Positions 1 through 12,359 of a DNA stretch of 64,000 nucleotides are shown here, piece by piece. Position 1 is the stretch's first letter; each line of letters begins with the position of its first letter. This stretch comes from Sminthopsis crassicaudata (lineage: Eukaryota). Where the stretch lies: positions 396,008,454-396,072,453 of the forward strand of contig NC_133619.1 of the NCBI RefSeq assembly GCF_048593235.1, given 5' to 3'. A program made the position numbers and the translations under genes. The notes beneath the pieces are model-generated. The model had not been told where the DNA came from, searched no databases, and was given only the letters and a program-made list of their open reading frames with translations.

Positions 1-1539
1 GAAAGGAAGCTATTGGCTGTCTTAAAACCCAGAGAAGCAGTGAATCAGGGAATAGGAATTCATCAGCTTGCCTTATACTGCCCTTGCCTTCCTGTTTAAA
101 CTGTAAGGCCCAGAACTAGGATCCTTTATACACATCTTGCTTTATTCCCTTTCCCTGGATTGCAGAGAAGGGTACTTCAGGTCTTTCTTGAGGCATCTGA
201 GGAAGGTTAGTCAGTGATCTGAGAAAACAGCTGGTCAGAGGCTCCTTCCCATTGGGGGAATGCTTGATTTTCTGTGTTTTGCTGTATTTAATAATCCATA
301 AAACCACAGGGAATTGAGCAAATATATTCTATGGGACAGGAGGGGTCACAGAGAGAGGAAATTCCATATGAGGGGAGCTAGAGACATGGATTTCTCTATT
401 TTTAGTATCTGAGCAGTATTTCATCATTTCCCTAGTCTGAATACAATTTTTAAATGCAGTTTCCTGCCAGTGCTTCTGTGTGAAGCTGCTCGGATCAGCA
501 GAGTTGGGAAAAGAAATGGGGTGAGCTCCAATGAATGTGCTGAAGCCTTCAAGCATTCTTAATCTGGGGGCTAGGGCTCTGGATGCCCAAGCTAGCTCTG
601 GATATCCAATAAATCCAGGCAGTCTACTCAGGATGAAGAGAACAGAGAAGGGCCAAGACCAATCTCCACACTGGGCCACTGGAAGAAGTGGCAGAATCCA
701 GAGATTGTGTAGATGGCAGTGTCCAATGCCACTACTCCAGTATCATCTCAGTGTCTGAGGAACTAAACAGTATCGACTCATCTGTAGTAGAAGCACAATT
801 CTAACCTCTTCCCCTACATAGGAGTAAGGTAGTTTCCTTAAAAGGTATTTTTCCCTCAAGACTTTGTTGGCTTAGGAGACTAAAGGCTCTGACTACTGAT
901 ATCATTTCCTCATCATCTGGCTACAAAGCAGGCACAAGGATCTGGAGGGGCTTCCAAATGCCTGGCTTTTGGGGAGCTTCACTCAGCTAAGTCAACTCTA
1001 GGGGTTCTCAATGCTTATTTTTGATGAATATCCTTTTCCTGTTATGGCTAAGTAAATCTCCTTTAATTATGAATGACCTACAAATGTTTCATTTTGTTCC
1101 AATATCTAACCTAAACTACTAGGGGACTTGACTGAATTGGATATGGCCCAGAACATTGTCTAAGAATGCAGGATGAGATAAAGACTGGTCCTAGCATAAC
1201 ATTACAATCTAGAAACTGAGGCTAGAGATATAAACAAACATGAATATAAAGAAGAAATCCTATGGGTCAAGAGAAGCCCAGGAGATTAACACATAATAAA
1301 AGTGATTTCTCAACAAATATAATAGCATTTTAGAGAAAAGAATGGCTTAGTCAAAAGGACCCCAATAGCTAGAAGAAAGAAAAGAGATAAAAAGGAAGAT
1401 TAGAACTACTGGGAGGGAGAAATAGAAGAAAAGCAAGTATCTTTGAACAGAAGTAAGAAAATCTTACCCAAGTGGTAGGAGTTAAGGTGGAGGAGGGGGA
1501 GGCTGCTGAAAAATAGAATGGATCAATCAGAACTCAGTG

Positions 1540-4500
1540 ACCATTAGGAAAAAAAGAAATCTTAGAACAAAGTTTTTTAAAAGTGGGGAAAAAATACTTA
1601 GAATAACATTAAGGTACCTACTATCAAAAACAAATGATCTGAGCATAGACAATGAAGCAATATCAATACTAAACACATATGCACCAAGTGGTATAGCATC
1701 TAACTTCCTAAAGGAGAAGTTAAGAGAGTTGCAAGAAGAAAAAGACAGCAAAACTATAATAGTGGGAGATCTCAACCTTGCACTCTCAGATTTAGATAAA
1801 TAAAACCACAAAACAAATAAAAAAGAAATTAAAGAGGTAAATAGAATATTAGAAGTATGATAGATCTTTGGAGAAAACTGAATGGTGACAGAAAGGAGTA
1901 TACTTTCTTCTAAGCAGTTCATGGATCCTATACAAAAATTGATCATATGTTAGGACATAAAGATCTCAAAATTAAATGCAGGAAGGCACAAATAGTAAAG
2001 GCTTTCTTTTCAGATCACGATGCAATAAAAACTACATTCACCAAAAAGTTAGGGGTAAATAGACCAAAAAGTAATTGGAAACTAAATAATCTCATCTTAA
2101 AGAATGATTGGGTGAAACAACAAATTATAGACACAATTTATAATTTCACCCAAGATAATGACAATGATGAGACATCATACTAAAATTGGAGGGATGCAGC
2201 CAAATCTGTAATAAGGGGAAATTTTATATCTTTAGAGGCTTACTTGAATAAAATAGAGAAAGAGAAGATCAATGAATTGGGCTTACAACTTTAAAAGCTA
2301 GAAAAAGACCAAATTTAAAAACTCCAATCAAATATTAAACTTGAAATTCTAAAATTAATAATATTGAAAGTAAAAAACTATTGAATTAATAAATAAAACT
2401 AAGAGTTGGTTTTAGGGAAAAAAACAATAAAATAGATAAACCTTTGGTAAATCTGATTAGAAAAAAGAAAATCAAATTGTGTCAAATTCTTAAAAATGAA
2501 AAGGGACAACTTTTCACCAATGAAGAGGAAATTAGAGCAATAAGGAGTTACTTTGCCCAACTTTATGCCAATAAATTTGATAACCTAAGTGAAATGGATG
2601 ACTACCTCCAAAAATGTAAGCTTCCCAGATTAACAGAGGAGGAAGTAAATTGCTTCAATAGTCCCATTTCAGAAAAAGAAATAGAATAAGCTATTAATCA
2701 ACTCGCTAAGAAAAAATCCCCAGGATCAGATAGATTTACATGTGAATTCTACCAAACATTTAAAGAACAATTAACCCCAATGCTATATAAAATATTTGAA
2801 AAAATAGGGAATGAAGGAGTCCTACCAAATTCCTTTTATGACACAGACATGGTACTAATACCTAAACCAGGTAGGTTAAAAACAGAGAAGAAAAATTACA
2901 GACCAATCTCCCTAATAAATATTGATGCTAAAGTCTTAAATAAAATGTTAGCAAAAAGACTACAGAAAATCATCCCCAGGGAATACACCATGACCAAGTA
3001 GGATTTATATCAGGAATGCAGAGCTGGTTCAATATTAGGAAAACTATTGTTATAATTGACCATATCAATAACCAAATTAACAAAAACCATATGATCATCT
3101 CAATAGATGCAGAAAAAGCATTTGATAATCCAACGTCCATTCCTATTAAAAACACTTGAGATAATAGGAATAAATGGACTTTTCCTTAAAATAATCAGTA
3201 GTATCTATTTAAAACCATCAGTAAGCATCATATGTAATGGGGATAAACTGGAACCATTCCCAATAAGATCAGGAGTGAAACAAGGTTGCCCACTATCACT
3301 ATTACTATTCAATATTGTATTAGAAATGCTAGCTTCGACAATGAGAAAGAGATTAAAGGAGTAGGTAATGGGGAAACCAAATTATCACTCTTTGCTGATG
3401 ATATGATGGTATAGTTAGAGAACCCAGAGATTCTACTAAAAAGCTATTAGAAATAATCCACACCTTTAGCAAAGTTGCAGGATACAAAATAAACCCACAT
3501 AAGTCATCATATAAGTTATATATCACTAACAAAATCTAACAGTTACAAAGAGAAATTCCATTTAAAGTAACTACCGATACTATATCTTCCAATCTTCCAA
3601 GAATCTATCTATCTTCCAAGGGAAAAACTGGAACTATATGAGCAAAACTACAAAACACTTTCCTCACAAATAAAGTCAGATCTAACCAATTGGAAAAATA
3701 TTAAATGCTCTTGGATAGGGCGAGCAAATATAATAAAGATGACAATACTACCTAAACTAATCTATTTATTTAGTGCTATACCAATCAGACTCCCAAAAAA
3801 CTATTTTAATGACCTAGAAAAAATAATAACAAAGTTAATATGGAAAAAAAAGGTCAAGAATTTCAAGGGAACTAATGGAAAAAAAATCAAATGAAGATGG
3901 CCTAGCCAAACCAGATCTAAAATTATATTATATTATATCATTTAGTATTGGCTAAGAAATAGACTAGTTGATCAGTGAAATATATTAGGTTCAAAGGACA
4001 AAATAGTCAATAACTTTAATAATCTAGTATTTGACAAACCCAAAGACCCCAGTTTTTGGGATAAGAACTCACTGTTTGACAAAAACTGCTGGGAAAATTG
4101 GAAATTAGTATAGCAGAAACTAGGCATTGACCCACACTTAACACCATACACCAAAATCAGGTCAAAATGTTTTCATGACCTAAGCATAAAGAATGAGATT
4201 ATAAATAAATTAGAAGACCATAGGATAGTTTACCTCTTAGACCTGTGGAAGAGGAAGGAATTTATGACCAAAGAAGAACTAGAGATTATTGATCACAAAA
4301 TAGAAAATTTTGACTGCATCAAATTGAAAAGTTTTTGTACAAACAAAACTAATGCAGACAAGATTAGAAGGGAAGCAATAAACTGGGAAAACATTTTTAT
4401 AGTCAAAGGTTCCGATAAAGGCCTCATCTCCAAAATATACAGAGAATTGACTCTAATTTATAAGAAATCAAGCCATTCTCCAATTGATAAATGGTCAAAG

Positions 4501-5530
4501 GATATGAACAGACAATTCTCAGACGAAGAAATTGAAACTATTTCTAGCCATATGAAAAGATGCTCCAAGTCATTATTAATCAGAGAGATGCAAATTAAGA
4601 CAACTCTGAGATATCACTACACACCTGTCAGATTGGCTAAGATGACAGGAAAAGATAATGATGAATGTTGGAGGGGATGTGGGAAAACTGGGACATTGAT
4701 GCATTGTTGGTGGAGTTGTGAACACATCCAGACATTCTGGAGAGCAATTTGGAACTATGCTCAAAAAGTTATCAAACTGTGCATACCCTTTGAGCCAGCA
4801 GTGTTACTACTGGGCTTATATCCCAAAGAGATTTTAAAGAAGGGAAAGGGACCTGTATGTGCAGGAATGTTTGTGGCAGCCCTCTTTGTAGTGGCCAGAA
4901 ACTGGAAACTGAGTGGATGTCCATCAACTGGAGAATGGCTGAATAAATTGTAGTATATGAATGTTATGGAATATTATTGTTCTGTGAGAAATGATCAGCA
5001 GGATGATTTCAGAAAGGCCTGGAGAGACTTACATGAACTGATGCTAAGTGAAATGAGCAGGACCAAGAGATCATTATATATTTCAAAAACATTACTATAT
5101 GTTGATCAATTCTGATGGATGTGGCCCTCCTCAATAATGAGATGAACCAAATCAGTTCCAATAGAACAATAATCAATTGAACTAGCTACACCCAGCGAAA
5201 GAACTCTGGGAAATGAGTATGAACCATTACATAGAATTCCCAATCCCTCTATTTTTTGTCCGCCTGCATTTTTAATTTCCTTCATAGGTTTTCAAAGTCT
5301 GATTCTTTTTGTACAGCAAAATAACTGTATGGACATGTATACATATATTGTATTTCACAAATACTTTAACATATTTAACGTGTATTGGTCAACCTGCCAT
5401 CTGGGGGAGGGGATGGGGGAAAGAGGGGAAAAATTGGAACAAAAGGTTTTGCAATTGTCAATGCTGAAAAATTACCCATGCATATATCTTGTAAATAAAA
5501 AGGTATAGTTAAAAAAATAAAGAAAAAAAT
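1540..5530 (+). mobile_element. 5'-truncated, inactivated LINE-1 (ORF2 endonuclease, RT, C-terminus, 3' UTR, A-tail)
   Basis: Broken ORF track pieces read as L1 ORF2: ILNTYAPSG..TIIVGDLN (EN), [24 protein letters not shown] (RT), [23 protein letters not shown] (Cys-rich C-terminus). Many stops and frameshifts. AATAAA and A-rich tail at ~5495-5530. Confidence 0.95.
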
Positions 5531-7087
5531 GACCTAGAAAATATAAATCATTTAAGAATCAGACTCCCTGAAAATCATGACCAAATAACAAATTTGCATA
5601 CTATCTTTGGAGAATTCATAAAACAAAACTGCCCAAATCTGTTGAAAGCAAAAAACAAAGTGAAATCTACTGGCTACCTCTTGAATGAAATCACGAATTG
5701 AAAACACTCAGGAATGCAAGAGCCAAAAATTTAGAGCTTCCTCCAAAGGAAAAAAATTGCTGTAATCTAAGGGAACAAGCATTTAATGAGCATCTACTAT
5801 GTGCCAAGTGTTTTACTAATATTATTTCATTTGAGTCTTACAACAATCCTATGAGTTAGGTAGAACTGAGTCAGACAACAGTAAAATGATTTACCTGAGA
5901 TCATTATAGCTAGTAAGTGTCTGAAGCTGGAATTGAACTTAGGACATCTTGACTACAAGTCCTACATTCTATCTCCTGAAGTACCTAGCTGCCCCTAGGA
6001 TTACAATAACATTATGAAAGGAGAGAAATTCTTGGAATATAATATTCTAAAAGACAAAATAAGAAATAACTTGAAAATTCTGAAGGGAAAAAATGAGAAT
6101 TGGACAAAATTCTTGAAAGGCAAATACTACAAACGAGAAATATAGAAAAGTAAATACATTTTAAGCAATTGGAAGGAAGAAATGATGTGCTACATTCTAA
6201 ACAACAACAACTTACTGACTAATTAATTGGTTGAAAAAGGAAATTTCATTGTGCTTAAAAAAGTTGTAGAAAATGAATGATACCAATACTTAATAGATAT
6301 ACATTAAATGATATAGCATCTACGTACTTAAGGGAAAAGCAAATGTATTTTCTTATATGGGATCATCATTCTTCTTTAAGAACTAAAAAAAAGAAAGAAG
6401 AAGTTAAAGATTTGAATAGAATTTTAGAAAGTTAGATATCACTGTCTCTGGTAATTGCTAGAGGGAAGCCAAAAGAAACTCATATAACACCTTTACAAAC
6501 ACTGACCTTGTAAAGTATAAGAACCTAATAAACAATTACAAAAAAGCAGAAATTTTGATCAAGTTCTTTACTAAACACAATCTGATAAAAACTATAACTA
6601 ACAAAAAGCTAATAACATTCAAATTTAGATGATGATTAAATAATTCTAAAGAATTTGGGTCAAACAAATAATATAAATAATAAGCAATTTTAAAGAAAAA
6701 TGATATAAAATAACTTGAAATGCAGTTTAAAAAATAAGAATTTTTTAAAAAATGAATAAACTTAACATACAACAAAAGCAACAAGTAACAGTCATTTGAA
6801 TTTTAAAGTAGACATCCTGAAAATCAACAAAAAATATTAGAAGATAATTTAATTTTTAAAATAGTAACTTCTTTTACAAACTAATAAAATAGATCAATTA
6901 TCAGTCAATTGGTAAAGAGAGCAAATATTTAAATAGAATAGGAAAGTTCACAAGAAATGAAATCTGTTATAAACAAAAATGGCTAATTTTAAATTAAATG
7001 GATGAATATTTGCAAAAACACAATGTTCAAACTAACACAATAATAAATCCAATCTCAGAAAACAGTCTGAATAAAGAATCTCTAAAA
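5531..7087 (+). mobile_element. Older, heavily decayed L1 remnant (ORF1 to ORF2 start), containing a MAR1/MIR SINE at ~5770-6000
   Basis: A-rich L1-like sequence with degenerate ORF1/EN motifs. The CORE-SINE sequence (aatgagcatctactatgtgcc...acctagctgcccc) interrupts it. Confidence 0.6.
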
Positions 7088-8017
7088 CAAATCACTATTG
7101 ATCAGAGAAATGCAAATTAAGACAACTCTGAGATACCACTACACATCTGTCAGATTGGCTAAGATGACAGAAACAAATAATGATGAATGTTGGAGGGGAT
7201 GTGGGAAAACTGGAACACTGATGCATTGTTGGTAGAACTGTGAACAGATCCAGCCATTCTGGAGGGTGATTTGGAACTATGCTCAAAAAGTTATCAAACT
7301 GTGTGTACCCTTTGATCCAGCAGTGCTACTACTGGGCTTATATCCCAAGGAAATACTAAAGAAGGGAAAGGCAGCTCTTTTTTTTTTTTTTTTTTTTTTG
7401 TGGCAGCTCTTTTTGTAGTGGCTAGAAACTGGAAAATGAATGGATGCCCATCAATTGGAGAATGGTTGGGTGAATTATGGTATATGAATGCTATAGAATA
7501 TTATTGTTCTGTAAGAAATGACCAGCAGGATGAATACAGAGAGGCTTGGAGAGACTTACATCAACTGATGCTGAGTGAAATGAGCAGGACCAGGAGATCA
7601 TTATACACTTCAACAACAACACTGTATGAGGATGTATTTTGATGGAAGTGGATATCTTCAACATAGAGAAGATCTAATCCAGTTCCAATTGATCAATGAT
7701 GGACAGAATCAGCTACACCCAGAGAAGGAACACTGGGAAATGAGTGTAAACTGTTTGCATTTTTTGTTTTTCATCCCAGGTTATTTTTACCGTCCGAATC
7801 CAATTCTTCCTTTGCTGCAACAACATGTATCAGATCCAGGATATACTATAACATATTTAATATGTATGGGAATGTCTGCCATCTAGGGGAGGGGGTGGAG
7901 AGAATGAGGGGAAAATTCGGAACTCAAGTGAGTACAAGGGATAATGTTGTAAAAAATTACCTATGCATATGTACTATCAAAAAATGTTATAATTATAAAA
8001 TTAATAAAAATTTTAAA
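7088..8017 (+). mobile_element. Younger L1 3' fragment with 15-bp target-site duplication
   Basis: ORF2 C-terminal sequence ([15 protein letters not shown]-type), 3' UTR and A-tail. Flanked by AAAGAATCTCTAAAA at 7073-7087 and 8018-8032. Confidence 0.92.
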
Positions 8018-8032
8018 AAAGAATCTCTAAAA

Positions 8033-9120
8033 GGAAAACAAAAACAAGATGAACTTACAAGTGAGTTACAAAGTACAATTAATTCAAGTTTTTTTGTAAA
8101 AATAAGGAAAGAAGGGATTCCACCAAAATCCTATGAGATAATGTCTTGACATCTAAACTAGATAAATTAGAGATCAATATCTTTAATCAGTATCAATATA
8201 AAAATATGGGATCAAATATTAGGTTTTTTTTTAAAAAAAAAAGGCTATGTAAGTTATTAAAAATTAAGGATTTACCAAGAATTAAACATTAGTTCAATAT
8301 TAGGAAAATTATAATAACAGTGGGCTTTTTCACATTGAAAAGGGGTAGAAGATATCCATTTTTATCACTACTGTTTTATATAGATCTAGAAATTCTAGCT
8401 ATAGCAATAAAAATGTTGGGGAACTAAAGATAAGCAAAAACCAAAGTTATTTTTTTCTCCAGATGGCATATTTAGAGAACCTTGAAGATTCATCTAAAGT
8501 TAATTGATACAATTAATTCATAACAGGATTATTAAAAGAATCCCTCCCCCAAATCATCAGCCTTTTAGTAAATTAACAAAATACACCAGATACAAATAGA
8601 GACAAATATTAATAGATATTAATTGTTCGTGTTTAGGCTCTGCCAACCTAAGAAAAATGACAATGCTATCTAAATTAATGAATCAAGGACATTCTTAGGA
8701 AAACCTGAAAAAACTTATATGAAATGAACAAAATCAGGATGACGTTATTTATACACAGTAACAGTAATATTGTGCAATGATCAACTGTGAATGACTTAGC
8801 TATTCTCAGCTATACAATGATTCAAGAAAATTGTGAAGGACTTATGAAAAAATGCCATCCCAATTCCAGAAAAAGAATGAAATCTGAATGCAGGTTGAAG
8901 CAAACTTTTTTTTTAAATTTTTCTTGTTTTTTTTTTTTAATCAGTTTTCTTTTATAACGATTAAAATGTTTTACATGATTGCACATGTATAACCTATATT
9001 AAATTGCTTGACTTCTAGATGTGGGGTGGGAAGGGGAAGAAGGTAGGGAGAAATTTGGAACTCAAAAATACTTTTTAAAGTGAATGTGAATTGTTTTACA
9101 TGTAATTGGGAGACAAAATA
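8033..9120 (+). mobile_element. Continuation of the old decayed L1 (RT region and 3' UTR)
   Basis: Degenerate ORF2 motifs (agatcaatatctttaat, gttcaatattaggaaa) and an old L1 3' UTR with a G-rich tract near 9020-9060. Confidence 0.6.
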
Positions 9121-9324
9121 TTAATATTTTAAAAAGAGATAAAAATGCTCCAAATCACTAATAAGATAAATTACATTAATATAACTGATGTTCTTCCACA
9201 TTCTTCTCAGGCTGACAAAGATGACAGAAGGAAAATTCTTATAGTTCTTAGGGAAAGACAGAAACACTAATAACATACTATTGGTAGAGCTATGAATTAG
9301 TCCAACCATTATTGCAAGATGCTA

Positions 9325-9490
9325 ACAGGAATGAATCCTGGAAGGTCAGTCAGAAGGGGATGAGATGGATAGATGATATCATGGAAGTAAGGAACATGAG
9401 TTTGGAAAGACAGAGAATGGAAGCTAGAAGGACCTTTTGTGCTATGGTCCATGAGGTCATGAAGAATGGAACAGGATTAAACAACAAAAA
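9325..9490 (+). mobile_element. RTE/BovB-like LINE 3' terminal fragment
   Basis: Translates as QKGMRWIDDIMEVRNMSLERQRMEARRTFCAMVHEVMKNGTGLN. This matches the RTE-BovB C-terminal pattern (RQRMRWLDGITDSMDMSL..W.A.VHGV.KSRTRL) as recalled. Confidence 0.75.
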
Positions 9491-9894
9491 GATTGGCTTA
9501 ATGGCTCTTGGAAGCATTTCTAGAGAAGGACAAGGAATGGAGTTTTACTTGTTAGTGGGACAAAGGGCAAAGGTTTCCAGCTGCACAGGTCCCATTTCAG
9601 TCTTATCCCCAAGATGATTTATATTGCAACCAGGAGCATTCATTATGGGCAAAAAACCCAAATTTTTTTCTCATATTACTTCTAATCTTATATTTTGCAA
9701 TGTAACAAAGTTTATTCCCTTTGGGAAGAGTTGACAGTGATCCAGGGAATGTGATAGGGTAACATAACTAAGGGTTTAGACTAAGGTTTAATGAAGTAAT
9801 TAGAAAATAAAGGTGTTGTCTCAAACTCTCTTGAATTTATTATCTATATACTTGTATCTGTCTGTTTTCTCAGAAGCGAATATGGTACACGGCA

Positions 9895-10150
9895 CATTTG
9901 TCGTCCATCATTTCAATTGTGTCCAACTCATTTTGAAATTGTGATACCATTTGGGGTTTTCTTGGCAAAGATAATGGAGTAGTTTGCCATATCCTTCTGC
10001 AGCTCATTTTACAGATGAGGAAACTAAGACAAACAGGGTTATTTTGTGACTTGCTCAGTCACACAGTTAGGAAGTGTTGAGTGTATTAGGCTGGATTTGA
10101 ACTCTGATCCTTCTGACTCCAGGCCTGGTACTCTCTCTCTTATACCATCT
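9895..10150 (-). mobile_element. MAR1-type CORE-SINE
   Basis: tttggggttttcttggcaaagat..ggagtagtttgccat (RTE-derived tail) followed by the cattttacagatgaggaaact CORE sequence. Confidence 0.75.
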
Positions 10151-10374
10151 AGCAATCCATAATCTAGCATCTAGTAGGTGCTTTACAAATGCTTGTCGAT
10201 TAAGTGATTAATGGTAGATCAGGTGGTAAATTCAACTTTTGCTCCACTTCCCACTAGTAACCCAAAATATAGACAAAGATTCCCAGAGAAATTCCTAGAG
10301 AGAGATTGTCTCCTCAAATCTGAGGTCTAATAGACAATTAAGACAAAAAAAAATTAAAAACAAAGACTTGGAGC

Positions 10375-10380
10375 TTTATT
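10375..10380 (-). terminator. Poly(A) signal (AATAAA) of the unannotated minus-strand gene
   Basis: tttatt on + at 10375-10380, 480 nt past the stop at 10860. A U-rich element follows on the minus strand. Confidence 0.6.
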
Positions 10381-10859
10381 AAAGTTCACCTTTGACATTC
10401 ATATAATTGTTAAAAACAAGCTACAGCACAGCCTTAATCAATCATGGCTGAGACTGTGTATACTAAAGTTCACTCCCTCCCCTCCTCCAAGAGTAACAAG
10501 TGTTGAATGTAATTGCTCCATATGCTAAAGATTAGGTCTCACCCCCTTCAACAGGTACTAGAACCTGAATACCCTCCTTAACTAAACTAGTATTAATTTG
10601 GATTTACTAAAATGACTAACCTAGTAGGAGTCAGGGAGTTGGCTTCTTATAGATACTTCTGAATACTTGGGACTGCTCTCAAGTGCCAGGTCCTACCTAC
10701 TCTAACATGTCTGCTGGCCTGGAAAAAATGAATCATCTTCCAAATATTCTGCAAAATTCATTAAGATTGTAATCACTTTCTGGATTTGACCACTGGCATC
10801 CGGACTTCCTGATAAGAGGGCATCTGGGCTGCACTTGGTCTCTCTCATTCTGACTATAG

Positions 10860-12274
10860 TCAAATGTGATCATCTGGTTGATCAGACTTGGGGGGCATTC
10901 CAGTCTCATCTTCTTTGTCAGCCATTTGGATATTTGAAAAGAGCTTTGAGTAAACTCTCTCTTTTATGATAGATTTCACCAGCTTTTTAAATATTTCCAT
11001 AATCTCTTGGAGGATACAGTGGTTGTCTTCTTGTTCAAAGTATCGTTTATAATTCTCCAAGGAGTCGGGGTCCATGTACTCCAGACAAAGCCAAAAGATT
11101 CTAATCCCTGCTTTACTACAATTAATATCTGGCTTTTCATGGTCTGTCTGTTTTCTAAAGAGAATTTCATCATCCATTGCTACTGCTCTTGCTAGTGCTT
11201 TCATTCTTGCTTCTGCGGCTTTCATTTTTGCTTCTGTATCTGGATCTATTTCTTCATCTGCTGCTGCTACTGCTGCTGCTGCTGCATCTAGTGCTGCTGC
11301 TGCATCTGCTGTTACATCTGCTGCTGCTGCTACATCTGCTGCTGCTGCTACATCTGCTGTTATATCTGCTGCTGCTACTGCAGATGACAGTGCCCTTATT
11401 GTAGCTGTATCTGCTGTCACTACCAATATTGCGGCTTCTGCTGCTGCCATTGTCATAGCTGTTTCTTCTGCTACTATTCTAGCTGTTGTAGCTGTTTCTA
11501 TTGCTGCTGATGTTGATGCCCCTGTTGTTGCTGTTTCAATCGATGTTGCTGCTGCTGTTGCAGCTCCATGATCTTCTTTGTCTAAGATATGGGCACGAAT
11601 GAGTTCTGCTGGGTCAGCCTGCAACATCCTCTGTATTTCTTTATTGCTAGGAATGCCTTTCTCGGGCTCCCTCAACATCAAGACCAATTGAATTGCCCAA
11701 GTTTGCTGTTCTTCAAGGTAGTTCAGATAGTTTTTGCCGACTTCTATAGCCTTTGTAAGGGCTCTCATCGACTTTTTGCTCTTTTGTCCAATTGGACCCA
11801 GTTTTGGACTTGGAGGTCTGGCTGGCACTTGAGTTTCAGTTGAAGTTATAGGCTGATGGCTCTCTTCCCTTTTATAAGTACTTGGACTTGAGTGAATCTT
11901 CAAACAGTGACTGCACACACGCCGAAAAACCTTTTCAAGACGAGTTGAATTTGTGTCGGTTCTTGGCTTCTGTGTTTTGACCTGTGGTGGGAACTGGTAA
12001 TATGGTGCTTGGCAGAAACTCCAAGAATCTGGTAGAGAATCAAAGGAGTATAAACAATATTTTTCAACAACTTGTCTCAACTCCTTTAAATCCAACCCTC
12101 GACAAGCTGCTGGAGGAATTTTCCATGTAACTTGTGGTAGGAGCTCCCGATGTTCTGGCACCCCACAATTATGGAACAATGAGACAACAGCTAGAGAGCG
12201 CTGCCTTGTGTCTTGAGCATTTTGGACAGGAACATGAGTTCTCTGTGGCAATTCGGTTGAGGAAGTGGTAAGTC
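10860..12274 (-). CDS. Terminal coding exon (exon B) of an unrecognised gene; Cys-containing N-part, Ala/Asp-rich tract, helical C-terminal domain
   Basis: Stop-free frame of >1.4 kb in an AT-rich TE field. The ORF-track start (12251) is TTG, not ATG. The frame stays open up to a strong acceptor ctctttacttttttctccag|GA at 12275/12274, with a phase-1 entry (GA CTT ACC..). Stop at 10860-10862. Confidence 0.75.
11255..11570 (-). repeat. GCA-rich coding low-complexity tract (Ala/Thr/Asp) with an 18-nt DVAAAA sub-repeat
   Basis: Plus strand shows tgctgctgc runs and repeated tacatctgctgctgctgc at ~11313-11350. Confidence 0.85.
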
Positions 12275-12359
12275 CTGGAGAAAAAAGTAAAGAGGTTTAT
12301 TTTAACCAGTTCTGATATCTTGGCCAAATATATCTTAGCCTTTTTTTTTTTTTTAACCC

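Noticed and set aside
1-760. Exon-like pieces and short ORFs at the window start; looked for FOXR1 or UPK2
   Set aside because: No translation resembles the forkhead domain or uroplakin 2. Cannot be assigned.
4264-4953. 229-aa ORF (and 22878-23360) as host genes
   Set aside because: These are L1 ORF2 C-terminal fragments of truncated copies.
10920-11000. Resemblance of LVKSIIKERVYSKLF to VPS9 helical-bundle or RGS terminal helices
   Set aside because: A single amphipathic helix with a generic pattern; none of the flanking domain motifs are present.
11074-11571. Ala-rich and poly-Leu ORFs antisense to or overlapping exon B
   Set aside because: By-products of the GCA/TGC triplet tract, with no independent start or splice support.
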